This document shows positions 45,502 to 53,899 of a DNA stretch of 64,000 bases, in pieces; positions within the stretch are counted from its first letter, which is position 1, and each line of letters starts with the position of its first letter. The position numbers and the translations under genes are program-made. This stretch comes from Ilumatobacteraceae bacterium (lineage in GTDB: Bacteria > Actinomycetota > Acidimicrobiia > Acidimicrobiales > Ilumatobacteraceae): the NCBI GenBank assembly GCA_040402055.1, contig JBBANJ010000001.1, positions 9,838-73,837 of the forward strand, read 5' to 3'. The notes beneath the pieces were generated by a model. That model did not search any database. It was not told the origin of the DNA and worked only from the letters and a program-made list of their open reading frames with translations.

Positions 45502-45540
45502 AAAAGGGGCAGTGACCAAATGGTCACTGCCCCTTTTCAG
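45502..45540 (-). terminator. intrinsic terminator after SBP3 (A-tract / T-tract flanked, potentially bidirectional)
   Basis: AAAAAGGGGCAGTGACC-AAA-TGGTCACTGCCCCTTTT. On the minus strand the stem is followed by TTTTTT. Confidence 0.8.
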
Positions 45541-45558
45541 AGTTATGTCTATTACGAC

Positions 45559-47280
45559 TTAGCCCTTGTAGATACCGGTGTAATCGAGACCCTTGGTCTC
45601 AGCTACGCCTGGGTAGGTCTTGCCGTCTGGGTTGAGCAACTTGCCAACGCCCATGAGCTTTGACTTGTTGTTTGTGAAGACGAACATTCCGCTGCTGACG
45701 CTCGGAATCACATAACCCTGCGACTGTATGTACGCAGTAGCTGCGGCCCACTTGGTCTTTGCAACAGCAGGATTTGTTTCTGCTTGTGCTGCATAGAGCG
45801 CGTTGTCAACGTTGAGGTCACCGTGGTTACCCAAGGCAATAATAGGACCGAACAATTTGCCCAAAGACGTCGTAGCTAGCGGATTCTTTGAAGTAGGTGA
45901 GAACGCGTTGCTGAGAAGGAACGGGATTACGTAACCAACTGAGTCACCTTCAGATGGAGTTCCCTGAGCGAAATCAAAGGAGTTTCTTCCGGTCGTTGCG
46001 TTGTAGATCTTGGAGATCAACACAGCAGCTTCTTCAATGTTCAACGCAGGAACAGTTACGCCTACATCAGTCAACATTTTCGCAATGAATTTCACGTTGT
46101 TTTGTGACTGAGTACTTGAGTCTGCATAAAGTGTCACTTTGAATGGAGCTGCAGAACCGAGATCGGTATTGCACTTTGCAACGAATTCCCTGGCCTTTGT
46201 TGGGTTGTAGGAAGTTGCTCCATCCTTGGAGTACAACGGGTTGCTCTTTCCAACAATTGAACCAGTGACAGTACCGAGGCCCTTTAGGCGTACTTTGTTG
46301 AACAGATTCCAGTCAATTGCGAATGCAGCAGCAAGGCGGCAGTTCTGATACTTGAATGGCGAACCGGCCTTGTTGACGTTCGGCACCCACTGACCCCACT
46401 GGTTTGTTGGGCTCAGGTACTGAGTAACTACACTCTTACGATTTTGCAGGTCCTTGATGAACGTCGCATCACCAACTGTGAAGAATCCAACATCAACTGT
46501 CTTTTTACGAACAGCAGCTGCTCGCTGTGACGCTTCTTTTACGTTAATGAAAGTGATCTTGTCGAGGTATGGCAACTGAACTCCAGCTGCATCCTTACGC
46601 CAGTAGTTCGGGTTTCTCACGACGATGGTCTCATCTGGTGAGTAGCTCTGCTTCATGAATGGACCAGTACCGATTGGGTTGGTTGCACAGGTGGCCTTGT
46701 CTGCACCTTGAGCAGGTGCACGCATGACATAACGACCAGCGCGGTACATAAGCCCAAGGAACTCTGTGTCGCCACGGTCGAGAGTTATGCGAACCTTCAA
46801 CGGGTCAACAACATCTACTGAGAGAATGTTTGAGTTCACACCGATACCTGTAGATGGATATGTAGCAGGGGATCCACGACCAAGATCGATGTTTGTCTTC
46901 ACAACTGAAGCATCAAATGCTTCACCATTTGAAAACTTAATTCCTGAACGAAGTGCGATATCCCACACCTTGTAGTCAGCTGATGGTGTGAATGACTCTG
47001 CAAGATACGGAACAAATTTTCCGTCCTTCGAGCGCTCAACGAGGCTTTCATACATGGTGCGAGCAACTCCGAGAGTTCCGCCAGCCAAAGCTGTTTGATA
47101 GCAGAATCCTGCGAGCGAGCCGTCAATAGCAACGGTGATTTCGCCGCCTGACTTTGCCTTTTGTGGTGACCGTGCATGAGTCGCGGAAGCCGAGACCAAT
47201 GTTCCGGTCAGGGTGATTGCTACTGCAAGCCCCAAGCGTTTTGCCCTCCGCGAACGGTTGGCGGTGACCATTTCTTTCAT
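45559..47280 (-). CDS. ABC transporter substrate-binding protein, family 5, orphan paralogue 3
   Basis: 573 aa. It shares blocks with paralogues 1 and 2 (ASQRAAAVRKK, FIKDLQNRKSVVT, GLDYTGIYKG). There are no adjacent permease genes. Confidence 0.85.
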   Translation of the reverse strand: MKEMVTANRSRRAKRLGLAVAITLTGTLVSASATHARSPQKAKSGGEITVAIDGSLAGFCYQTALAGGTLGVARTMYESLVERSKDGKFVPYLAESFTPSADYKVWDIALRSGIKFSNGEAFDASVVKTNIDLGRGSPATYPSTGIGVNSNILSVDVVDPLKVRITLDRGDTEFLGLMYRAGRYVMRAPAQGADKATCATNPIGTGPFMKQSYSPDETIVVRNPNYWRKDAAGVQLPYLDKITFINVKEASQRAAAVRKKTVDVGFFTVGDATFIKDLQNRKSVVTQYLSPTNQWGQWVPNVNKAGSPFKYQNCRLAAAFAIDWNLFNKVRLKGLGTVTGSIVGKSNPLYSKDGATSYNPTKAREFVAKCNTDLGSAAPFKVTLYADSSTQSQNNVKFIAKMLTDVGVTVPALNIEEAAVLISKIYNATTGRNSFDFAQGTPSEGDSVGYVIPFLLSNAFSPTSKNPLATTSLGKLFGPIIALGNHGDLNVDNALYAAQAETNPAVAKTKWAAATAYIQSQGYVIPSVSSGMFVFTNNKSKLMGVGKLLNPDGKTYPGVAETKGLDYTGIYKG

Positions 47281-47300
47281 TCAAATACCCCCTGAATGTT

Positions 47301-47319
47301 GCACATGGTTTCATGTGAC
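47301..47319 (-). promoter_or_regulatory. conserved leader hairpin/operator motif (copy 3) upstream of SBP3
   Basis: The minus strand reads GTCACATGAAACCATGTGC (arms CACATG/CATGTG), 20 nt before the ATG, followed by an AGGGGG RBS. Confidence 0.5.
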
Positions 47320-47413
47320 TTGGATAACACTAGATGAATATTCGGCAAATGTCACCTTCTGGAACACATCTGGGCCGAATTCTCTGTTGTAGTGCGCAAG
47401 TAGTTATGAGGAG

Positions 47414-47827
47414 TCAGATTGGCTCGGCGGCACCGGCGGAGGCATGGCGACCCCGCCTGATTTGGGCAATCATCCCCACCCCAGTCAGCACAAGAGTCAC
47501 GCTGACTACTGAAATCAAAATCACCAACATGTCACCTGGAAGCTTTCCTGCACTCAGAAATACGTATCCATCGGGGGCAAAATAGGCAACAACGGCCACT
47601 GGGAGCCATTTACGGAGCCGAATCCAGGCCCCGTCCACGACTGCGCCCACCACTTGAGCGCTCGATTTACCGTAGATAGCAGCTGAAATGAACTCAATCG
47701 CCCCGAAAACGTAGGGATTAACACCATATTGTTTGAGAAATTTCCACACCAAAGCGGCACGTAATCCCCCGTATGCAATGGAAACCAGAATCCAGCCACG
47801 CTCGAACTGGTCTCGGCGAGAATTCAT
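47414..47827 (-). CDS. hypothetical integral membrane protein
   Basis: About 137 aa from the ATG at 47827 (TTG at 47872 is possible) with 3-4 hydrophobic helices. I recognised no motif. Confidence 0.5.
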   Translation of the reverse strand: MNSRRDQFERGWILVSIAYGGLRAALVWKFLKQYGVNPYVFGAIEFISAAIYGKSSAQVVGAVVDGAWIRLRKWLPVAVVAYFAPDGYVFLSAGKLPGDMLVILISVVSVTLVLTGVGMIAQIRRGRHASAGAAEPI

Positions 47828-47865
47828 AAACCCAGCGTAGAGGGCGCGCGCCGTAGGCTTCACGA

Positions 47866-48609
47866 GTGCCAACTACAGAGACTTCGCAATCCCAACGCAG
47901 AACAGGGTTCAGCATTCACGTTCTCACGGCAAGTGGAGCCTTGGCTGGCCTTATCGCCCTCCAGTCCGTCATTGATGGCTACATCCGCACCGCTCTCCTA
48001 TGGCTAATTGTGTGCCAGATACTAGATGGCATTGACGGCCCCATTGCTCGAAAGTTTGATGTCAGTCTGCACGCGCCACATATTGACGGCCATGTCCTTG
48101 ACCTCGTCATCGACTACGTCACCTGCGTCGTGGTACCGACCGTTCTACTCATTCGCATGGACGTTGTTGAGCCGCGCTACACCATGGCGATCTCTGGACT
48201 TATTTTAATGACCAGCGCCTTATGGTTTGCCCGCACCGACCAAGAAACCGAAGACGTGTGGTTCAACGGATTTCCTGCCATGTGGAACATCGTCATTCCG
48301 ACCTTCATTCTTTTGGGCACGAGCCAGAGATATGCAGCAATTATTTGTCTCCTATTTTGTGTTGCTCAACTCACGATGGTCAAGTTCCCACACTTAGTGC
48401 GCGTACAGGCTTTACGTTCGGCCACATACACCGCGACTGTTGTCTACTTTGGCGCATTCATTTGGCTGTCTGCTCAATACCCGAATGGTCCACACTGGGC
48501 TCGCAACATAATCATCGTTGGACCCGTGTACTTGGTCTTCATTGTTGTGTGGAGAACATTCTTTCCTCAAAAAACAATTTTCGGTTTATCAATTACGACA
48601 AAAAAGTAA
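47866..48609 (+). CDS. pcs: CDP-alcohol phosphatidyltransferase, phosphatidylcholine-synthase (Pcs)-like
   Basis: 247 aa with N-terminus FSIHVLTASGALAGLIAL. The motif DGIDGPIAR-x12-GHVLDLVIDY equals DGx2ARx12Gx3Dx3D, the x12 spacing characteristic of Pcs. It has a GTG start. Confidence 0.65.
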   Translation: MPTTETSQSQRRTGFSIHVLTASGALAGLIALQSVIDGYIRTALLWLIVCQILDGIDGPIARKFDVSLHAPHIDGHVLDLVIDYVTCVVVPTVLLIRMDVVEPRYTMAISGLILMTSALWFARTDQETEDVWFNGFPAMWNIVIPTFILLGTSQRYAAIICLLFCVAQLTMVKFPHLVRVQALRSATYTATVVYFGAFIWLSAQYPNGPHWARNIIIVGPVYLVFIVVWRTFFPQKTIFGLSITTKK

Positions 48610-48612
48610 GAA

Positions 48613-50298
48613 TTATTTACGAGTCGCGTATTCGTCGCGCAAATCTTTCTTCAAGACTTTTCCTGTTGCGTTACGCGGTAACTCTTCATGATGCCAAAAC
48701 ACTTTGCTCGGCACTTTAAATGATGCGAGACGTGTTTTGAGAAACTCAAGAATTTCTGCACCATGATCCGAGCCGAAGCCTTCCGCAGCCACAAGTACCG
48801 CCGCTACCTCTTCACCCAACTTGTCATGAGGTAAACCAATCACTGCACAATCACGAACGGCACTATGTTCGAATAAAACCGTTTCCACTTCGACGCAATA
48901 AACATTTTCTCCGCCGCGCAACACCATGTCCTTAATACGGTCCACGACGTAGACAAATCCTTCGGCATCGACGTAACCAGCATCTCCAGTGTGGAACCAG
49001 CCATCAGTGAAGGCTTTTTTGGTCTCTTCAGGCTTATTCCAGTACCCGCGAACATTGTTCGGGCCATACACCCACACCTCACCGATGCCGCCTTGCGGTA
49101 TTTCTGTTCCATCTTCAGCTGCAATACGAATCTGCGTTCCTACATACGGAAGCCCAACACTTTCCTTCTTTGCGAAATAGGCTGCACCGCTATTTCCAAT
49201 CACCGCAGCAGTTGTCTCTGTTAATCCGTATCCATTACTGGCGCTTACTTTGCCAGCGAATTCAGCCTCAATCGTGGCCACAGAATCCGGCGGAACTGGT
49301 GCGCCTCCTTGGCCGATCGAAGCGATGCTCGATAAATCAAACTTTGAAAAATCAGGATGCTCCAGGAACGAACGAACCACTGTGGGTACTCCCCCGAAGA
49401 CATTCACTTTGTACTTCGCAACGATTCGAAGAGCATCTCCCGCGTCCCACTTGAATTGGGTAACTACACACACTCCATTTGTGGTGTTGTTGATCAGGCC
49501 ACACAAACCAGCAATGTGGAAAAACGGAAAAGTTGACAGTGCAACTGTCTGTGTCTTCGCAGGTGCAGACGCAGTAGGTGGAACACCAGCCATCTTTCCT
49601 GCGAGAGCAACACTGAATTTTCCATTCCACATATTGGTGATGTAATTACGATTTGTACCAGCTGCACCCTTAGGAAAACCTGTCGTTCCTGATGTGTACA
49701 GAATTGTTGCGAAATCATCGGGAAGAATCTCTACCTCTGGCAATACCGGAGATGCGTTTCCCGCCGCCTCTTCCCATGTTGTAATTCCAGGCCGCGCTGT
49801 ACCCCGCGCTACCAAAGCAACACCAATCCCGAGCTCTGCCAATAATTCATCGGACATACGATCTTGACGCTCACCATCGACAATCACAGCGCTTGCACCT
49901 GAATCCGAGAGTGCATATTTCAATTCGTCGGCAATCCACCACGCATTCAAGCTGACCATCACCGCCCCAATACATTGAGTAGCCCAGAAAGCAATCGCCC
50001 ATTCGGGGTAATTGCGCATTCCGAGAGCAACTCGGTCGCCCTTCTTCACTCCTTGTGCAGTGAGCCATGCTGCAACTGAGACCACTTGACGATGCGCGTT
50101 GGCATATGTCAAAACATTGTCTTCATAGATGGAATAGGGCGCCTCGCCTTGTTGCGCCGCAAGAAGCCACACTTCACGAAGGGAATCCGGTGCATTCTTG
50201 AACACCCGAAGCGGATTACCAAACACCTCAACTGTCTGCAACTCAAGAGGCATTCCCTCTGCGGTCAATTCAGCAATTGCCTCTTGGCGTGTAATCAT
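48613..50298 (-). CDS. acyl-CoA synthetase (AMP-forming)
   Basis: YTSGTTGFPKG, GYGLTETT, GYWNKPEETKKAF, GGENVYCVEVE. The start is uncertain (50298, 50331 or 50382). Confidence 0.85.
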   Translation of the reverse strand: MITRQEAIAELTAEGMPLELQTVEVFGNPLRVFKNAPDSLREVWLLAAQQGEAPYSIYEDNVLTYANAHRQVVSVAAWLTAQGVKKGDRVALGMRNYPEWAIAFWATQCIGAVMVSLNAWWIADELKYALSDSGASAVIVDGERQDRMSDELLAELGIGVALVARGTARPGITTWEEAAGNASPVLPEVEILPDDFATILYTSGTTGFPKGAAGTNRNYITNMWNGKFSVALAGKMAGVPPTASAPAKTQTVALSTFPFFHIAGLCGLINNTTNGVCVVTQFKWDAGDALRIVAKYKVNVFGGVPTVVRSFLEHPDFSKFDLSSIASIGQGGAPVPPDSVATIEAEFAGKVSASNGYGLTETTAAVIGNSGAAYFAKKESVGLPYVGTQIRIAAEDGTEIPQGGIGEVWVYGPNNVRGYWNKPEETKKAFTDGWFHTGDAGYVDAEGFVYVVDRIKDMVLRGGENVYCVEVETVLFEHSAVRDCAVIGLPHDKLGEEVAAVLVAAEGFGSDHGAEILEFLKTRLASFKVPSKVFWHHEELPRNATGKVLKKDLRDEYATRK

Positions 50299-50402
50299 GA
50301 GGTGAGAATAGCCACAAGCGTGACTATGCATAGCGTTGGAATACGGAAAGACTGCGTTCTCTCGCCTATCGTGAGCAAACACAACATTCTCAGGGGTTCA
50401 TC

Positions 50403-51152
50403 ATGTCTAGGACAATTCTCATTACGGGCGCGGGTTCAGGCTTTGGCAAAGGCGCAGCAATCGCATTGGCTGCTCGCGGTCATCATGTAATCGCAACTAC
50501 GGAAACAACCGAGCAAGCAAATGAGCTATCCGCTGAAGCGCCACAACTGCAAGTAGAAAAAGTAGACATCACCAGTTCGACAGACATTGCAAAGATTTCA
50601 GGCTGGGACATTGACGTACTCATCAACAACGCCGGTTACGGACAGACAGGCCCCATGTCCGATGTGCCGAACGATCGTCTTCGCAAAGTATTCGAAGTCA
50701 ATGTCTTTGGCACCGTTGCTGCAACCCAGGCAGCATTGCCGCGCATGGCAGCCAAGGGCTCAGGACGAATCATCATCATGTCGTCTATTGCTGGCGTGCT
50801 CGCGGCTCCCGGTTTCGGACCGTACGCTATGACTAAACACGCCCTTGAAGCAATGGGCAAAGCCATGCGCGCCGAGCTCGCACCGCAGGGCATTGACGTT
50901 TGCCTTATCAACCCTGCGCCGTACAACACCGGGTTCAATGACCGCATGGCTGATTCCATGTGGGAATGGTTTGATGATTCTTCAATCAATGCACCCGCCA
51001 CAGAAATTCACAAGATGGTTGGGCAAATGGTCACTACGAATCAGATGGACCCTATTGAAGTCGTGAACCGTCTTGTTGAACTAGTGGAAGCAGACACGAC
51101 TACAGAAAATAATTTTGTTCCCGAGAATATTCGCGAGCTATTAAACCTATAA
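50403..51152 (+). CDS. short-chain dehydrogenase/reductase
   Basis: 249 aa with TGAGSGFGKG, NNAG and YAMTKHAL. Confidence 0.85.
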   Translation: MSRTILITGAGSGFGKGAAIALAARGHHVIATTETTEQANELSAEAPQLQVEKVDITSSTDIAKISGWDIDVLINNAGYGQTGPMSDVPNDRLRKVFEVNVFGTVAATQAALPRMAAKGSGRIIIMSSIAGVLAAPGFGPYAMTKHALEAMGKAMRAELAPQGIDVCLINPAPYNTGFNDRMADSMWEWFDDSSINAPATEIHKMVGQMVTTNQMDPIEVVNRLVELVEADTTTENNFVPENIRELLNL

Positions 51153-51185
51153 CGCACCAAAGAGGATTGTTTTTGTTGTACATTT

Positions 51186-52079
51186 GTGCAAATCAGCGCC
51201 CCAACGATTCTTCTCTTCTACAAATTCACTCCGTTAGTTGACCCTAACGCGATACGTCTGTGGCAACGCACCCTCTGCGAAAGTCTTGGCCTCAAAGGTC
51301 GCATCATTATTTCTAAACACGGAATCAACGGAACTGTTGGTGGCGATCTTGAAGCGATAAAGAGTTATCGACGGATTACTCGTGAATACCCTGGCTTTCA
51401 CGACATTGATTGGAAGTGGTCAGAGGGCATTGGTGACGACTTCCCTCGCCTGGCGGTGCGCGTGCGAGACGAGATTGTCACCTTTGGTGTCCCGGAAGAG
51501 ATAGTTGTAGACGAGTCTGGTGTTGTCGGTGGCGGCATTCATCTGAAGCCTCACGAAGTTCACGAGTTAGTAGAACAACACGGTGGCGACGTTGCATTCT
51601 TTGATGGACGCAATGCTTTCGAAGCGCGCATCGGAAAGTTTCGCAATGCCATCGTACTTGATACTCGCACTACTCCTGACTTCATACGCGAATTAGAGAG
51701 CGGCAAATACGACCACTTAAAGAACAAGCCAATCATCACTTACTGCACTGGTGGCGTTCGATGTGAGGTTTTGACGATGCTGATGAAGAACCGCGGATTC
51801 AATGATGTGTACCAAACGAGTGGCGGAATTGTTCGCTATGGCGAGGCGTACCAGGACGACGGCCTATGGGAAGGCTCGCTGTATGTCTTTGATAGACGCC
51901 TCATGGTTGACTTCAGTAAAGACGCAAAAGTTTTAGGAATCTGCCAAACGTGTGATGGACCATCGAATCAGTTCTATAACTGCGATGTCAGTACTTGTCG
52001 AGTACGCATCATCATTTGCGATGAGTGCGTCAACACCACTGAGGGAATCTTGTGCCCCGACTGCCGGGCAAACATATAG
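51186..52079 (+). CDS. trhO: rhodanese-domain tRNA uridine(34) hydroxylase TrhO (UPF0176/YceA family)
   Basis: 297 aa with N-terminus ILLFYKF..., rhodanese active-site loop YCTGGVRCE and a C-terminal Cys cluster. It has a GTG start. Confidence 0.8.
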   Translation: MQISAPTILLFYKFTPLVDPNAIRLWQRTLCESLGLKGRIIISKHGINGTVGGDLEAIKSYRRITREYPGFHDIDWKWSEGIGDDFPRLAVRVRDEIVTFGVPEEIVVDESGVVGGGIHLKPHEVHELVEQHGGDVAFFDGRNAFEARIGKFRNAIVLDTRTTPDFIRELESGKYDHLKNKPIITYCTGGVRCEVLTMLMKNRGFNDVYQTSGGIVRYGEAYQDDGLWEGSLYVFDRRLMVDFSKDAKVLGICQTCDGPSNQFYNCDVSTCRVRIIICDECVNTTEGILCPDCRANI

Positions 52080-52087
52080 ACCTATAG

Positions 52088-52159
52088 AGGCGACGCAGGG
52101 AATCGAACCCTGGTAGAGGGCTTTGCAGGCCCTTGCCTAAACCACTCGGCCACGTCGCC
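52088..52159 (-). tRNA. tRNA-Cys (GCA)
   Basis: A 72-nt cloverleaf folded by hand. The acceptor stem is GGCGACG/CGTCGCC. The anticodon stem AGGGC/GCCCT has loop CTGCAAA. The T arm is CAGGG-TTCGATT-CCCTG. The discriminator is U, and CCA is not encoded. Confidence 0.9.
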
Positions 52160-52223
52160 AGTTGAGGTGCACGCACCACGACTCTGCAATGTTATCGGCG
52201 AGAATGGGCCGCCACCCCTTCCG

Positions 52224-53624
52224 TTAGCCCTTGCGGACAGCGTGGAAAATGGTGCGGGTCCCGCTTGATAGCAACATCTTTGACTTCACCGTGAAGCGCT
52301 CATTGAGCAGGCGCTCAAATTCGTCCAAGTTGAAGTCATCGTGAATACCGTCGCGCTTATTGGTCAGCAACTTACGCACCATTGGGTCATCAGCATGAGG
52401 CATTTCGATGATTAGTTCTGGTGTGAGATCGCGGAACATGTCGAGCTGCGAAGCAAGAGGAACATGAAATGTGATTGCCATGTGGTGAATAACCGCAAGT
52501 GCCATCACGATGTCCGGGTTACCGCGATTGAAAATGCCTGGACGCTCTTGTCCACGCCAGCCAACTCCGCCACCGGAGTCTGTGAGGTCAACATATAGCG
52601 GAAGAATCTTTTCGTTCTTGTCTGCTTTCAACGTGTTGTACAAACGATCAATTACAAGAGGGTCCGCATCCATGGCTACTACATAGTCAGAATGAGCCGA
52701 TGCGATGCGACTGAATACGCCGTCATTGCAACCAATGTCCCACACTTGTTTACGAGGAGCCGACGCCACAGCGTCGCGTACGAACTTCTGCTTCTCGTCA
52801 AGGCTTGATTCGATGTAGTGACCGCGCTCTGAATATTCAGACCAAGTTGACTTCTTGTCGCCAAGATTGATGCTGGAGACAATGCTTTCTAGTTTTTTCA
52901 TGGTGGCATCAAGAACTTGTGAGTTCAGGCCAGATTTAGCAGCTTGCTTCTTCATGTCTACGTTTGAATCGGCATAACGCTTTTGAGCGGCAGCATGAAG
53001 CACAACATGCGTCAGACGACCTTTGCGCGGGTGTCGCAGACTTGCAGGCAACAATTTGCGCATTGTGTCGATTGAGATTCCGTTTACGGAACCACGGAGC
53101 ATCTGCTGAAAGCCAACACCGAGATAACCCTGCAACATCAACGGGTACAGGAACATTTCACAGAACTGCTGGTAGCCGTACCACGGATCACCCTTTTTAC
53201 GAACTTCAAATGATCCGGCATCGATGAATTGTGCACGCGAACCGAGGAACTGAATGTTGTACGGAGTTGCATCTTTGACCCCAACACCGTCAACGACAGC
53301 AGCGCGAGTGAGTTTGAGTTGCAACAATGCTGCGTCTTGCAACATTGAAAACGTCCACTCGTACGGATACGAAATAAACGGGACCAACGGGTGCGTCATC
53401 GCAGAGACCCACGGGGCACCTAGGCCAACAGACGCAGGTTCGACAATGGTGGACTCAATGAGGTCGCCGGATTCAAGCGCACGCTGTATCGATTTTTTCT
53501 TCCACACCTTGTCAATGTCTGCGGCGCCCATTTCAGTGAAGGCTCTGACCACTTTGCCGTCACCGACAAAGACCTTGCTCAAGGGGTCACGAAAAGAGCC
53601 TGGATCTTGAAGAATGCTCGACAT
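52224..53624 (-). CDS. two-domain protein: N-terminal kinase-like domain + C-terminal class I SAM-dependent methyltransferase
   Basis: 466 aa. MT motif I VWDIGCNDGVFS (about residue 294) is followed by a MDAD acidic loop. The N-terminal 200 aa carry D118-x4-N123 (VKDATPYN) and D135 (FIDAGSF) with protein-kinase-like spacing. Confidence 0.6.
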   Translation of the reverse strand: MSSILQDPGSFRDPLSKVFVGDGKVVRAFTEMGAADIDKVWKKKSIQRALESGDLIESTIVEPASVGLGAPWVSAMTHPLVPFISYPYEWTFSMLQDAALLQLKLTRAAVVDGVGVKDATPYNIQFLGSRAQFIDAGSFEVRKKGDPWYGYQQFCEMFLYPLMLQGYLGVGFQQMLRGSVNGISIDTMRKLLPASLRHPRKGRLTHVVLHAAAQKRYADSNVDMKKQAAKSGLNSQVLDATMKKLESIVSSINLGDKKSTWSEYSERGHYIESSLDEKQKFVRDAVASAPRKQVWDIGCNDGVFSRIASAHSDYVVAMDADPLVIDRLYNTLKADKNEKILPLYVDLTDSGGGVGWRGQERPGIFNRGNPDIVMALAVIHHMAITFHVPLASQLDMFRDLTPELIIEMPHADDPMVRKLLTNKRDGIHDDFNLDEFERLLNERFTVKSKMLLSSGTRTIFHAVRKG

Positions 53625-53627
53625 GGG

Positions 53628-53810
53628 TTAGTCGTGAGCTGAGGCGGTGTCGTCCCCGTCCGAGGAATCGAAATCTGGCATTGGCTTGCCAGTGAGTTTG
53701 GACTTTATACGGGCTGACCACATCTTGACTGCGACACCAAGTCCAGCCACGCCACCAGCGATGGCGGTGATAATCATGCTGCCTGTTGCGGCGTCTAAGT
53801 AAGAGAACAT
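53628..53810 (-). CDS. small single-pass membrane protein with an acidic tail
   Basis: 60 aa: MFSYLDAATGSMIITAIAGGVAGLGVAVKMW, then a basic stretch, then an acidic tail. It ends 3 nt before the kinase-like/MT gene, and no alternative gene covers this space. Confidence 0.5.
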   Translation of the reverse strand: MFSYLDAATGSMIITAIAGGVAGLGVAVKMWSARIKSKLTGKPMPDFDSSDGDDTASAHD

Positions 53811-53899
53811 GAATGCAAGGTTACCGCACGGTGAAGCCCAGTACCCGAACCCTTGAAATGACCCGCAACTCTAGGCTTGTCATTCGTTAGCATCGGCAG

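Noticed and set aside
52080-52223. tRNA-Cys as an integration site for a genomic islet
   Set aside because: I saw no integrase gene and no direct repeat of the tRNA 3' end nearby. The 3' end abuts the housekeeping gene trhO. A full-window repeat search by program would be needed to be certain.
53811-53899. Possible SAM/methionine riboswitch upstream of the Cys/Met PLP enzyme
   Set aside because: The divergent spacer is only 89 nt, must also hold two promoters, and shows none of the conserved riboswitch helices that I can recognise by eye.
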